From an uncultured Planctomycetota bacterium (GTDB lineage Bacteria > Planctomycetota > Planctomycetia > Isosphaerales > Isosphaeraceae): a stretch of DNA of 64,000 nt. Location of the stretch: NCBI GenBank assembly GCA_963737655.1, contig CAVTTN010000002.1:3616001-3680000 (forward strand), written 5' to 3'. Shown here one piece after another: positions 33,071-43,400 of this stretch (position 1 is the stretch's first letter; every line of letters begins with the position of its first letter). A model generated the notes under the pieces. The model was not told where the DNA came from. It worked only from the letters and a program-made list of their open reading frames with translations, and did not search any database. Made by a program: the position numbers and the translations under genes.

Positions 33071-33148
33071 AGCTCTGGAATCTGGAACTTCTGGGGTGCC
33101 CCCGGTTCTCGAACCGGGGGCACCCGAAAAACTCCAGATTCGGGAGCT
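33071..33148. repeat. Long REP-like palindrome
   Basis: Core GGGTGCCCCCGGTTC-TC-GAACCGGGGGCACCC (33094-33125), extended by GAATCTGGA/TCCAGATTC and AGCTC/GAGCT. Confidence 0.75.
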
Positions 33149-33550
33149 ACACCCGGATTCCGAGCCCAGGCGATCGAATCGCGACGCCCCGCACTGAACC
33201 CCGCCCGCCCCCGGAGCGTATGTTAAACTTACACGGTCCCACCTCCGGAGAGGGGGGGCCGTGTCCTTTCGTCGTCCCTTACCCAGAACGCCACAAACCG
33301 AGATTCCCCCCATCCCGGGAACTTCCGGGCGGCCCGGAGCGTCGAACGGGGTGTACGGGCCTCTTCTCCCGGCCCGCCCGAGACTTCCGGCGGACGCTGG
33401 GGGATGGTAGGCTTGGAGTTGCGTCGAGGGGACGCGGTCCCGCGTCTCCGTCTCCGTCCGTTCTTCCGATCTTCGTTCGTACCGTCACGAAATCCGATCC
33501 GTCCCCGAGTCGGGGCCTCCTCTCGACCGACTGGACAGGAGTTCCGCGCC

Positions 33551-35955
33551 ATGGCGAAGATCCAGCCCGTCTGGGCGATCGACATCGGGCAAGCCGCCCT
33601 GAAGGCCCTGAAGCTCGTCCCCGGCGAGGACCCCGAGAAGCTCCTCGCCGAGGCGTTCGACTTCATCGAATATCCCAAGATCCTCAGCCAGCCGGACGCC
33701 GACCCCGAGGAGCTCGTCCGCGAGGCCCTGGCCACGTTCCTGGGCCGGAACGAGCTCACCGGCTCGAAGGTGGCCATCGGCGTCTCGGGCCAGGCCGGGC
33801 TGGTCAAGTTCATCAAGCTGCCGCCGGTCGAGAAGAAGCGCATCCCGGACATCGTCAAGTTCGAGGCGAGGCAGCAGATCCCCTTCGCCCTGGACGAGGT
33901 CATCTGGGACTACCAGCAGATCGGCGGCGAGGACGAAGAGGAGGGCGAGGACGACGGGTTCACGATGGCCGAGGTCGGCCTCTTCGCCATGAAGCGGGAC
34001 CAGATCAACCGCGCCATCACCCCGCTGAAGAACGCCGGGATCGAGGTCGACATCGTCCAGATGGGCCCGATCGCCCTCTACAACTTCGCGTCGTTCGACC
34101 GCAAGACGATGCAGAAGGAAGTCGGCGGCTCGGTCGTCTATCTCGACATCGGCGCGGACAACACCGACCTGATCATCACCGACGGCGCCGGATCTGGCAG
34201 AGGAACGTGCCGATCGGGGGCAACCACTTCACCCGGGCGTTGACCAAGGAGCTCAAGCTCACCTTCGCCAAGGCCGAGCACCTGAAGCGGAACGCCACCA
34301 AGGCGCCCGATCCCCGGGCCGTCTTCACCGCCATGAGGGGCGTCTTCAACGACTTCTCGAGCGAGGTCAACCGCTCGATCGGCTTCTATTCGAGCGTGAA
34401 CCGGACGGCCAAGATCGCCAAGGTCATCGGCCTGGGCAACGGGTTCAAGCTGCCGGGGCTCCAGAAGTTCCTCCAGCAGAACCTGAGCTTCGAGGTCGAG
34501 AAGCTCGACGCGTTCGACCGCCTGGTCGGGGATGACGTGGTGGCCGCCCCCCAGTTCACGGAGAACCTGCCGTCGTTCGCGGTGGCCTACGGGCTGGCCG
34601 TCCAGGGGCTGGGCAAGGGCCTCCTGAAGACGAACCTGCTGCCGCCGGAGATCGAGCAGGTCCGGATGGTCCGCCGCAAGAAGCCCTGGGCCCTGGCGGC
34701 GTCGGCCTTGCTGATGCTCAGCTTCTCGATCCTGTTCCTCGCGGACTGGGGCGCGTACGCCAAGGTCGCTTCCGAGGAGTTCAAGCAGGCCACCCAGCAG
34801 GCGAAGACGGCCGCCAAGCAGGGCTCGGACCTCAAGAGCGCCTTCGAGAAGGTCAAGGGGGAGTTCGCGGCGGTCAAGAAGCAGGGGGACGACCTGACCT
34901 CGCAGTCCTCGGACTCGACGAACTGGCCGGCTTTGATCCAGAAGGTCAACCAATCGATGCCGGACCCGGTCAAGATCGCCTCCTCCGTGCTGCGGAGGCC
35001 GATCGACCCCGAAGACCCGAAGAACTTCGACCTCCTGGCCAAGCTCCGGGTGCACATCGACGCCATCATCCCCCGATGGCGCGAGGACGTCGGCGCCGGC
35101 TGGTTCAGCGACGCCGACGCCGTGACGGACCAGGCCAAGAGCTCGATGCACGTCTTCGACCGCGGCGAGACGCCCAGCGGGCCGGGCTGGATCATCAGCG
35201 TGGTGGGGCACCACTACAACCCCTACGACCTGAAGTCCGGCCTCACGGCCGACGAGAAGAAGGTCGCCCAGGGGCCGACCAAGTACCTCCAGGCCACGAT
35301 CCTGCCCAAGTTCTGGGACCCGGCGCTCAGGGCCTTCGGCATCCATCACGCCTGCCTCGCCTGGATGCCCAAGCCGGACCGGAACTGGACCACGGCCAAG
35401 AGCGGCGGGTTCAGCATGCTCGCCCCCCTGCCCAAGTACGAATCGGGCAAGGGCTCCAGCAGCGGCGGCACCGCGCCGAGCGGGGCACCGGAGGGCGGCG
35501 GAGGCGGCCGGGGCGGGTTCGCCGGGATGGTCGGCGGCGGCGGGGCCGGGATGAAGATGGCCCCCGGCATGGGCGGGATGGGCGGCATGGAAGGCATGAT
35601 GGGGATGATGGGCCAGAACGGCTACAACATGGGGGGCGCCGCCTCGGCCCCCTCCAAGGAGCAGGAGCTCAAGACCCTGACCCGCACCGACTTCATGATC
35701 TCCTTCATCTGGCAGCCGGTGAGCCCCGCCGAGCCGCCCAAGGACCTCGCCGAGATCAAGAAGAAGATGGAAGAGGCCGTGGCCAAGTCCCCGGGCGCCG
35801 TGACCCTGGACGAGGAGGCGCTGGCCAAGGCGTCGGAGAAGCAGTCCGAGAAGGGCCTCCAGGAAGCCATCGGCGCCGCCCAGGGCCAGGCGCCGACCAA
35901 GGCCGGGCAGGCCGCGCCCCCGGCATCGGGAGTGCCGACCGCCCCGCCGAAGTGA
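33551..35955 (+). CDS. pilM: Type IV pilus assembly protein PilM fused to a PilN-like membrane-anchored region; frameshift at ~34190
   Basis: WAIDIGQAALKALKL, FEARQQIPF, LDIGADNTDLII, IGGNHFT, GNGFKLPGL, AVAYGLAVQGL, then NLLP (PilN-type motif) and a TM helix. Confidence 0.85.
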
Positions 35956-35968
35956 TCCTGAACCCGAT

Positions 35969-36001
35969 CGGAGGTCCGGCCCTCGACTCGCCGGACCTCC
36001 G
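35969..36001. other. Intergenic stem-loop (12-bp stem)
   Basis: CGGAGGTCCGGC (35969-80) pairs with GCCGGACCTCCG (35990-36001); no U tract follows. Confidence 0.55.
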
Positions 36002-36069
36002 GACCGCTCAGCCCACCGGACCCCCGATCTCTCCGGCGGATCGGCCGCCTTATCGAGGAACTCGCGACC

Positions 36070-37951
36070 ATGGACCAGCTCAAGGAATTCCTTCAGCAAG
36101 CGATCAAGTATCGCTTCTGGATCGCCGTCGGGTTGTCCTGCCTCCTGCCCCTGATCGCCTACTTCATGAGCTACGGCGCCCTGGCCGAGGCCGAGAAGAA
36201 GGAAGTCGTCGCGATCAAGAGCGCCGCCGCCGACGTCAAGCCGTACGAGAATGGCATCATCTACAACAACCAGTGGAAGGACGCCGTCTCGGAGAAGACC
36301 ACCGCGCTGACCTCCGACGTCAACGTCTCCTGGAAGAAGCTCTACGACCGCCAGGCCCCCCTGCTGACCTGGCCCAAGGAGGTCGAGGCCGACTTCCACG
36401 CCTGGGGCCGGAAATACCCCGAGGTGGACGGCAAGCCGCTGGACTATCAGCGCGTCAACGAGACCCTGATCCGCTACGGGATGGTCTATCCCAATTACGT
36501 CGACGAGATCTACAAGACGTTCCAGCCGTTCGACACCAAGACGGGCAAGGGGATCGTCGCCGCCCCCCCGGAGAGCCTCCTCCTGGCCCCCGAGGAGTTC
36601 GAGGAGTCCGACCCGCCGACCCTCGGCCGGGTCTGGGCGGCCCAGGAGAAGCTCTGGATCCAGAGGACTCTCCTGGACGTCGTCGCCAAGGTCAATGAGA
36701 AGGCCAAGGCCACGAGCTGGGACAACGCCATCGTCAAGCAGATCCTCTCCATCGAGGTCGCCAACGCCGACGCCCAGGACCAGCGGTCCCTGGCCAAGGG
36801 AGACGTCCTGACGCCCGCCCCCGACATCCTCCGACCCGGGCAGGCCGCGCCGGAGCCGACCAAGGACGCCAGCGGGGCCTTCGGCGCCTCGACCAAGTCC
36901 TCGGGGACCGTCGAATACCTGCCGTCGCCCAACCCGGACCAGTTCTTCGTCGTCCCGGTCGCGATGTCGGTCTACATCGACCAGGATCGGATCAACGACT
37001 TCCTCGTCGAGTTCCAGAACTCGCCGATGGCCATCCAGGTCCTGGAAGTCGAGCTCGATGAGGCCGATCCAGCCCGTGGAGAAGCCGAAGAAGGGCCAGG
37101 ACCAGTCCTCGTTCGCCGGGACGATGGGCGGCGGAGGCGGTCGGGGAAGCCTCCTGGGAAGCAGCGTCCTGGGGAAGATGGGCGGCGGCCGGTTCGACGA
37201 GTCGTACAAGGGCGGCGGCCAGAACGCCCTCTACAGCCAGTTCAGCAAGGGCGGCTCGAACCTCATGGGGGGCGGCGGCCGAGCCAACGAGACCAAGGGG
37301 CCCAAGACCCGCGAAGGCGGCAAGGACGTCGCCTCCGAGACCCTCAAGAACCTCAACGAGAAGAAGAAGCCCGGGGCGAAGAAGGAGGAGGAGGAGCCGA
37401 AGGAGGAGATCCCCGTCTCCAACCCGTATTTCAACGTCGTCGAGGTTCGGATCAAGGGGCAGGCGCGGTTCTACAATCCCCCGAAGGGCGGCCCCGCCGA
37501 GACCACCTCGCCGGGCGCCCCGGCCGAAGCCCCGAAGGCCGAGGCTCCCAAGGCCGAAGCCGGGAAAGAGGACGCCCCGAAGGCCGAAGCCCCCGCCAAG
37601 GCCGAGCCTTCGAAGGACGAACCGGCCAAGGGCGAGGCTCCCAAGAACGCCACGCCCCCCGGCGAGGCCCCGAAGACCGACGCCAAGCCCGAACCCGGCA
37701 AGGCCGACATGCCCAAGGACGCCGAACCTCCCAAGGGCGAGGCTCCCAAGGGAGACGCCGCCGGGAAGGCCGACGACGCCAAGCCCGAACCCCCCAAGGG
37801 CGAGGCGCCGAAGGTCGAGGCTCCCAAGGGCGAGGCGCCGAAGGGTGACGCCCCCAAGGGCGACACGCCCAAGGGCGACACGCCCAAGGGAGATGCCCCC
37901 AAGGACGATCCGGCGAACTCCAAGAACGAAACGCCGAAGCCCAAGGGCTGA
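36070..37951 (+). CDS. Membrane-anchored pilus assembly protein in the PilO position, with a low-complexity tail; frameshift at ~37057
   Basis: N-terminal TM; VPVAMSVYIDQDRINDFLVEFQNSPMAIQV and VEVRIKGQARFYNPP; lies directly after pilM. Confidence 0.65.
37520..37905 (+). repeat. Coding 15-nt repeats encoding PK(G/A)(E/D)(A/T) pentapeptides
   Basis: PKGEAPKVEAPKGEAPKGDAPKGDTPKGDTPKGDAPK; DNA unit of the form cccaagggcgaggct. Confidence 0.8.
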
Positions 37952-38020
37952 TCGGCCCGTCCTTCGCGAATTCCAGTGGACCTGACGAAGTGACCGTCCC
38001 GTGAGGAGACATCCCCGACC

Positions 38021-40246
38021 ATGGCCGCCAATCCCACCGTCGAGAAATTGCAGGAATTCGGCCTCCGCCACGGCGAGAAGCTCGCCATGGGGGTCGTGGC
38101 CGCGGTGTTCGTCCTCTGCGCCTACCTCGCCTGGTCCCACGAATCGCTGCCCATGACGGCCGACGAGGTGGCGACCTCCGCCAAGAAGGCCCAGCAGAAC
38201 ATCGGCAAGCCCCAGAGGAACGAGGACATCCTCGCCAAGCTCGAACAGGACGGCGTGAAGCTCGCCCACTTCGAGAAGGCCGTCGATGCCCGCCTCGCCG
38301 GCGGGGTGGACGCCTCCAAGTACTCCCTCACCGAGTCGTTCGTCAGCCCCGAGCCCGGCGCCGGGCTGATCCGCGACATGCCCGAGTTCCTCGCCCCCGA
38401 GGACCTCTACGTCCACTCCTCGCGAGGGGCCGTGAGGGTCTTCAAGCTCGACGAGGACGGCAATCCGATCCTCAAGCCCACCAAGGAAGAGCCCAAGCCC
38501 AGGCGTAAGAAGAACGCCGCGCGGGGCGGCCTGCTTGGCGGCATGGGAGCGATGGGCGGGTCGGGCAGCCCCAAGAGGAAGAAGAAGACCGGCGCCCTGG
38601 AAGCCCTCCAAAAGAAGAAGGACGAGGAGAACGAGCAGCACCGCAAGAATGCCATGATCGCCGGAGGTGACGACAAGGCCAAGGCCGAGGAGACGGCCGA
38701 GGAAGGCCCCGTCTCCACGAACGTCGAGGATTACGAGCTGGAGAACAAGGGCTATCGCCTCGTCACGCTCGTCGGCAAGTTCGACCACAAGAAGCAGAGG
38801 GAGCTGTACTCCAAGGCGCTCAAGGAAGACCTGGCGTCCTCGAACCCCAATTACCTCCGCCTGGAAGTCGAGCGTCAGGAGCTCCAGGGGGACGGCCAGT
38901 GGGGGGACTGGAAGCCGATCAACCGCGAGGCGTTCGACGAGTTCATGGAGATCAAGACGAAGCTCGAGGACGAGGTCGTCCCGGTTGAGAGCCGGATCGA
39001 GACGCTGATCGACCCCGTCCCGTTCTTCGAGGTCGGCTACATGTACGGCATCCATCACGCCAGCCTCGTCCCCAAGGAGCTGCTCAGGCCGAAGGTCGAG
39101 GCCAAGGCCAAGAACAAATCGGGAGGGGCGGCCGGGTTCCTCAGGCCGGGCGGCGCGATGGGCGGCAGCGAGTTCAACGGCATGGAGGACTACAAGAAGG
39201 CCGGCATGGGCGTCCCGCCCGGCGGCGGCGACTACGGCAAGGGCATGATGGGCGGCGGCGGAGGCGGCGGGGGCGGCCTCGGCGGGCTGGATGGCCCGGG
39301 CGGAGGCGGCGGACTGCTCGGCGGGACCGGGTCCCGGCCGGGAGGGCCCTCGGGCGGCGATTTCCAGAAGTCCTCGGCCGACTTGCTGATGGTCCGGGCC
39401 GTCGATTTCGACGTCGAACCCAACGCCAATTACCGATACCGGGCGCGGGTCGTCTTCGCGAACCCCAATTACGGCTGGGAGAACGTCATCCCGGGCCTGG
39501 ATAACCACTCCAAGGAAAAGGTCGGCCCCTGGTGCGAGACCAGCGACGAGGTCACCGTCCCGGCCGACGTCGCCACCTACGCGATTGGCGCGGCGCTCAC
39601 CCCGGTCGAGAACCGATCCGACGCGGTCCAGTTCCAGGTCGTCAAATGGAACCCCGAGGACGGCCTGACCATCGTGAAGAACTTCGACCAGGTCCCCGGC
39701 CAGGTCATCGGCAGGCCCGAGTCGGCCATGGTGCCGAGGAAGGAAGGCGGCAACCTGACCAGCGCCCAGATCGACTTCACGAGCCATCAAATCCTGGCGG
39801 ACATCCTGGGCGGCACCCACAAGCCCGACGAGATCCAGGGCCTGGGGACGCCGAACTTCAAGTCCCCGACGCTCGCCCTGGTCGTCCGGCCCGACGGGAT
39901 GCTGGTCCTCCGCGACGAGGCCCGCGACGTCAACAACGGCGAGATGGCCGAGCTCAAGGAGATCTACGAGCAGATCAAGCGAGACGCCACCGCCGGAGGC
40001 AAGAAGAAGGGGAGCTCGGCCCTGGGACCGATGGGCCCCCTGGGCGGAGCGGCCGGCGGAGGAGGCCGGGCCGGCGCCGACTCAGCGCGGTGGATCATGC
40101 CTGACGACGGGCGGGCCCCGGCCCGCCCGCCCTGCGTCCCTCGGGACATGGTGCCGGTTCGATCCACCCCCTCGAGGGATCGAACCGGCACCATGTCCCG
40201 TTTCGCTCCCGGGCCGATTCCGGGAAAATCGTCGAAGTACGCTTGA
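38021..40246 (+). CDS. Membrane-anchored hypothetical protein of the pilus assembly cluster; true 3' end uncertain
   Basis: GAGGAG RBS; RHGEK plus TM; VRAVDFDVEPNANYRYRARVVFANPNY; Gly/Met-rich inserts. The last ~55 codons cross a palindrome and may be read-through caused by an indel. Confidence 0.7.
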   Translation: MAANPTVEKLQEFGLRHGEKLAMGVVAAVFVLCAYLAWSHESLPMTADEVATSAKKAQQNIGKPQRNEDILAKLEQDGVKLAHFEKAVDARLAGGVDASKYSLTESFVSPEPGAGLIRDMPEFLAPEDLYVHSSRGAVRVFKLDEDGNPILKPTKEEPKPRRKKNAARGGLLGGMGAMGGSGSPKRKKKTGALEALQKKKDEENEQHRKNAMIAGGDDKAKAEETAEEGPVSTNVEDYELENKGYRLVTLVGKFDHKKQRELYSKALKEDLASSNPNYLRLEVERQELQGDGQWGDWKPINREAFDEFMEIKTKLEDEVVPVESRIETLIDPVPFFEVGYMYGIHHASLVPKELLRPKVEAKAKNKSGGAAGFLRPGGAMGGSEFNGMEDYKKAGMGVPPGGGDYGKGMMGGGGGGGGGLGGLDGPGGGGGLLGGTGSRPGGPSGGDFQKSSADLLMVRAVDFDVEPNANYRYRARVVFANPNYGWENVIPGLDNHSKEKVGPWCETSDEVTVPADVATYAIGAALTPVENRSDAVQFQVVKWNPEDGLTIVKNFDQVPGQVIGRPESAMVPRKEGGNLTSAQIDFTSHQILADILGGTHKPDEIQGLGTPNFKSPTLALVVRPDGMLVLRDEARDVNNGEMAELKEIYEQIKRDATAGGKKKGSSALGPMGPLGGAAGGGGRAGADSARWIMPDDGRAPARPPCVPRDMVPVRSTPSRDRTGTMSRFAPGPIPGKSSKYA
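40142..40200. repeat. Perfect 24-bp inverted repeat with an 11-nt spacer (REP-like)
   Basis: CGGGACATGGTGCCGGTTCGATCC (40142-65) and GGATCGAACCGGCACCATGTCCCG (40177-200). Confidence 0.85.
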
Positions 40247-40496
40247 CCCATCTCTCGCTTCGGAGTAAGACACCGCCTCGTCTTCTCCCTTCCTCGGACG
40301 CACCCTCGCGCCATCCCCCCCGATCCGCGGAAGTCCCGGGCCCCTGCCCGGGCGAAGCCGCAGTCTCACAACTCGCACGGGCTTCGGCCCGCACCGAGCC
40401 GAGGAATCTGGTCTGCCTCCGCGGGGCAATTCGAAATCGAAAGACCGTCGCCAGGGAAGTCGGCGGTCGTCCCGCGAGAGGCGAAAGGAGGTCGCG

Positions 40497-43400
40497 TTGG
40501 GAAGGCTCAGAACGCTCACGATCCTCATGACCCTGGGCGCCTGGGGGGCCACCTCGTTCGGCGCCCCGCCCGACGACGCCCCCCCCGATCAAGGCTTGGC
40601 CCCGGCCCCGGCCGAACGGCCCGCCCCGCCCGTTGATCCGTCGAGGTACGTCAAGGCGGCCGCCAGTCTGGCGAAGAAGGGCGACCCCAAGGCCGCCGAC
40701 TACATCGAGGCGGCCGATCGCTATCGCGACATGCTCTCGGCCGACGACCAGGCGACCCTGGACGGCCTGAAGACCAGCCGGACCGACCCGGCCCCGGCGA
40801 ACCCTCCGGCCGATGCGCCCCCGGCCCTCGGCGGCGGATTGACCGAGCCGGCGTCGGCCCCGGGCGGGACGACCAAGGATCGGGCCGTCCGCATGCTCGC
40901 CCAGGCCCGGATGGCCCTGGCCGACGGCCAGATTGAGCAGGCCCGCCGGTTCGCCCAGGACGCCCAGGCCCTGAAGGCCGAGTTCAAGGCCTCCGAGGAC
41001 CATCCCGGCCGCGTCCTGGACGACATCGACCGGGTGGCCTCGGGCATCTCCACCCGGGGCGGCACCCCGACCGACGCCAAGCAGCAGGCCCGCTGGCTCC
41101 TCCAGGGCGCCCGCGAGCAGCTCGCCGCCGGCAACTACGAGGAATGCGAGAAGAAGGTCAACGAGGCCCGGGCGCTGAACATCCACTGGACCCTGTTCGA
41201 CGACACGCCGTCGAAGGTCGCCGCCGACCTCGCCAAGCTCAAGCCCAAGACCACCGCGCCGGGGACCCGGGGAGACCGGACCCAGGCCCAGGCCAAGCTC
41301 AAGCAGGCCCGCGAGATGCTGGCCAGCGGCGACTACGACGCGGCCGAAGGGATCGCCTCCGAGGTCGCCTCGTGGAACGTCCGCTTCTCCCTGCTGGGAG
41401 ACAACCCGCAGAAGGTCGTGGCGGCGGCCCGGGCCCTCCGCAAGCGCGACCTGACCCGCAACGCCGGGAAGAACGCCCAGCCGAGCGAGGCCCTGTACAA
41501 CGCGGCCGTGGCCCAGGCCCGGCAGTTCTACAACGCCGGGAGGCTGGACGAGGCCGAAGCCCAGGCCCGCCGGGCCCTGGCCATGAACGTCTCGCCGTCG
41601 CTGACGGCCGAGCGGGCCGAGTCCGTCATGCACGACGTCTCGATCGCCCGGGAGCGGGCCGCCACGCCGTCGCCGTCCCCGACGGCCGTGGCTTCGGCCC
41701 CGGCCCTGGGCGCCGCGCCGAGCGACCCGGCGGTCTCCCCGGCCCAGGCCCCGGTGCCGATCGTCCCGGCCGAGCCGCCGTCGGCCGCCGCCGAGAAGGC
41801 CGGCACCCAGCTGCTCGAACAGGGCGACAAGGCCGGGGCGATGGCGAAGTTCGACGAGGCCCGCACGCTCCATCAGCAGGAAGAGGCCGCCGCCACCGGC
41901 CTGGCGGCCCCGGCCGCCCCGCCGGCCCTGGCCGAGGCCCCGCCGGCCCAGGCCCCGGGCCTTGGCGACGCCCCGCCCGCCCAGCCCCCGGCGCTCGCCC
42001 CGGTCGGGGAGCCCGCCGCCGCTCCGGCGCTGTCCGGCCCGGCCGCCGAGCCTCTGGCCTCGCCCGCCGGGCCGGGTGGCGACGCCCTGGAACAGGCCCG
42101 GGCCCTGCTGACCAACGGCAATTACCCGGCCGCCCGGACCGCCGCCCTCCGAGCCAAGGATTCCGGCGCCGGCCTGGCCGCCGACGAGATGCTCGCCCAG
42201 ATCGGCCAGACCGAGCAGCAGGCCGCCTTGCAGATCTACGAGTCGGCCATCGCGGCGATCCGCAAGGGGACCGACGCCGACATGGGCCACGCCCGGATCC
42301 TCCTGAACGAGCTGACCTCGCTGGAGGGCCTCGATGAGTCCACCCAGCAGAAGGTCCAGGACCTCCTGTACAAGCTCGCCCCCGAACGAGCCGGCAAGGC
42401 CGAGATCGGGACCGTCGAGGACAAGGACGCCGTCGAGGCCCAGAAGCTCAACGCCGAGGTCGGGACCAAGGTCGCCGAGGCCCGGCGGCTGATGGAGACC
42501 GACCCCGAAAAGGCCATCGCCCTGCTCCTGGCCACGGTCGACCAGGTCAAGGCCTCCGGCTGCAAGCCGGCCGTCGTCAAGAACATGACCCACCGCCTCG
42601 AGCTTGCCGTCGAGACCGCCAGGAAGGACAAGGCGGCCTTCGACAACAAGATGAAGGAGAAGGGCTTCCGCGCCGAGATCGAGCGCAAGAGGCTCCGCAT
42701 CCTGGAGGCCGACAAGGCCCGCAAGGAGCGGATGAAGGACCTCATGGCCCGGGCCGAGGAGGCCACCGCCGCCGGCCGCTACGAGGACGCCGAGAAGTTC
42801 TACGGGATGGCCGCCGACCTCGACCCCAACGAGGTCGCCGCCATCGCCGGGCGGACCATGTCGCGGATCAAGCGGCACTATGAGCGCGACCTCCGCACGA
42901 AGTCGGCCAAGGAAGAGACCGCCCTGGAAGCCTGGCAGCTCGTGGACGAGTCGGCCATCGTCTCGGCCAACGTCCAGAGGAACGGCATCGAGTACGACAA
43001 GGGGTTCGTCGCCCTGACCAAGAGCCGTCGCGACCTGGCCCGCCGGATGGCCCCGGTCAAGGCCCCGGAGATCGTCGAGACCGAGAAGGTCCTGAACAAG
43101 CCGATCTCGCTGAACCTGGAGAAGAAGACCCTGGGCGAGGCGCTCCAGTACCTCTCCGAGATGACCGGGCTGAACATCGTCACGGACACCCGGGCCCTGG
43201 CCGAAGAGTCCCTGACCATGAATTCCCCGGTGGATTTCAAGGTCAATGACCTGAAGCTCAAGACGGCCTTGAAGCTCATGCTCAACAACATGAGCCTGAC
43301 CTACCGGGTCGATGAAGGCGGCGTGGTGATGATCACCAGCCCGCAATCCAACCGCCAGAAGACCGAGACGCGGGTCTACCAGGTCGCCGACCTGGTCATC

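Noticed and set aside
33220..33550. Riboswitch (for example c-di-GMP-I) in the long pilM leader
   Set aside because: A possible extended -10 element (TGTTAAACT, 33221-29) is present, but I could not find the GEMM consensus or another known aptamer by eye.
37520..37905. Short direct repeats as a CRISPR array
   Set aside because: They are degenerate in-frame 15-nt coding repeats with no unique spacers, and no cas genes are present.
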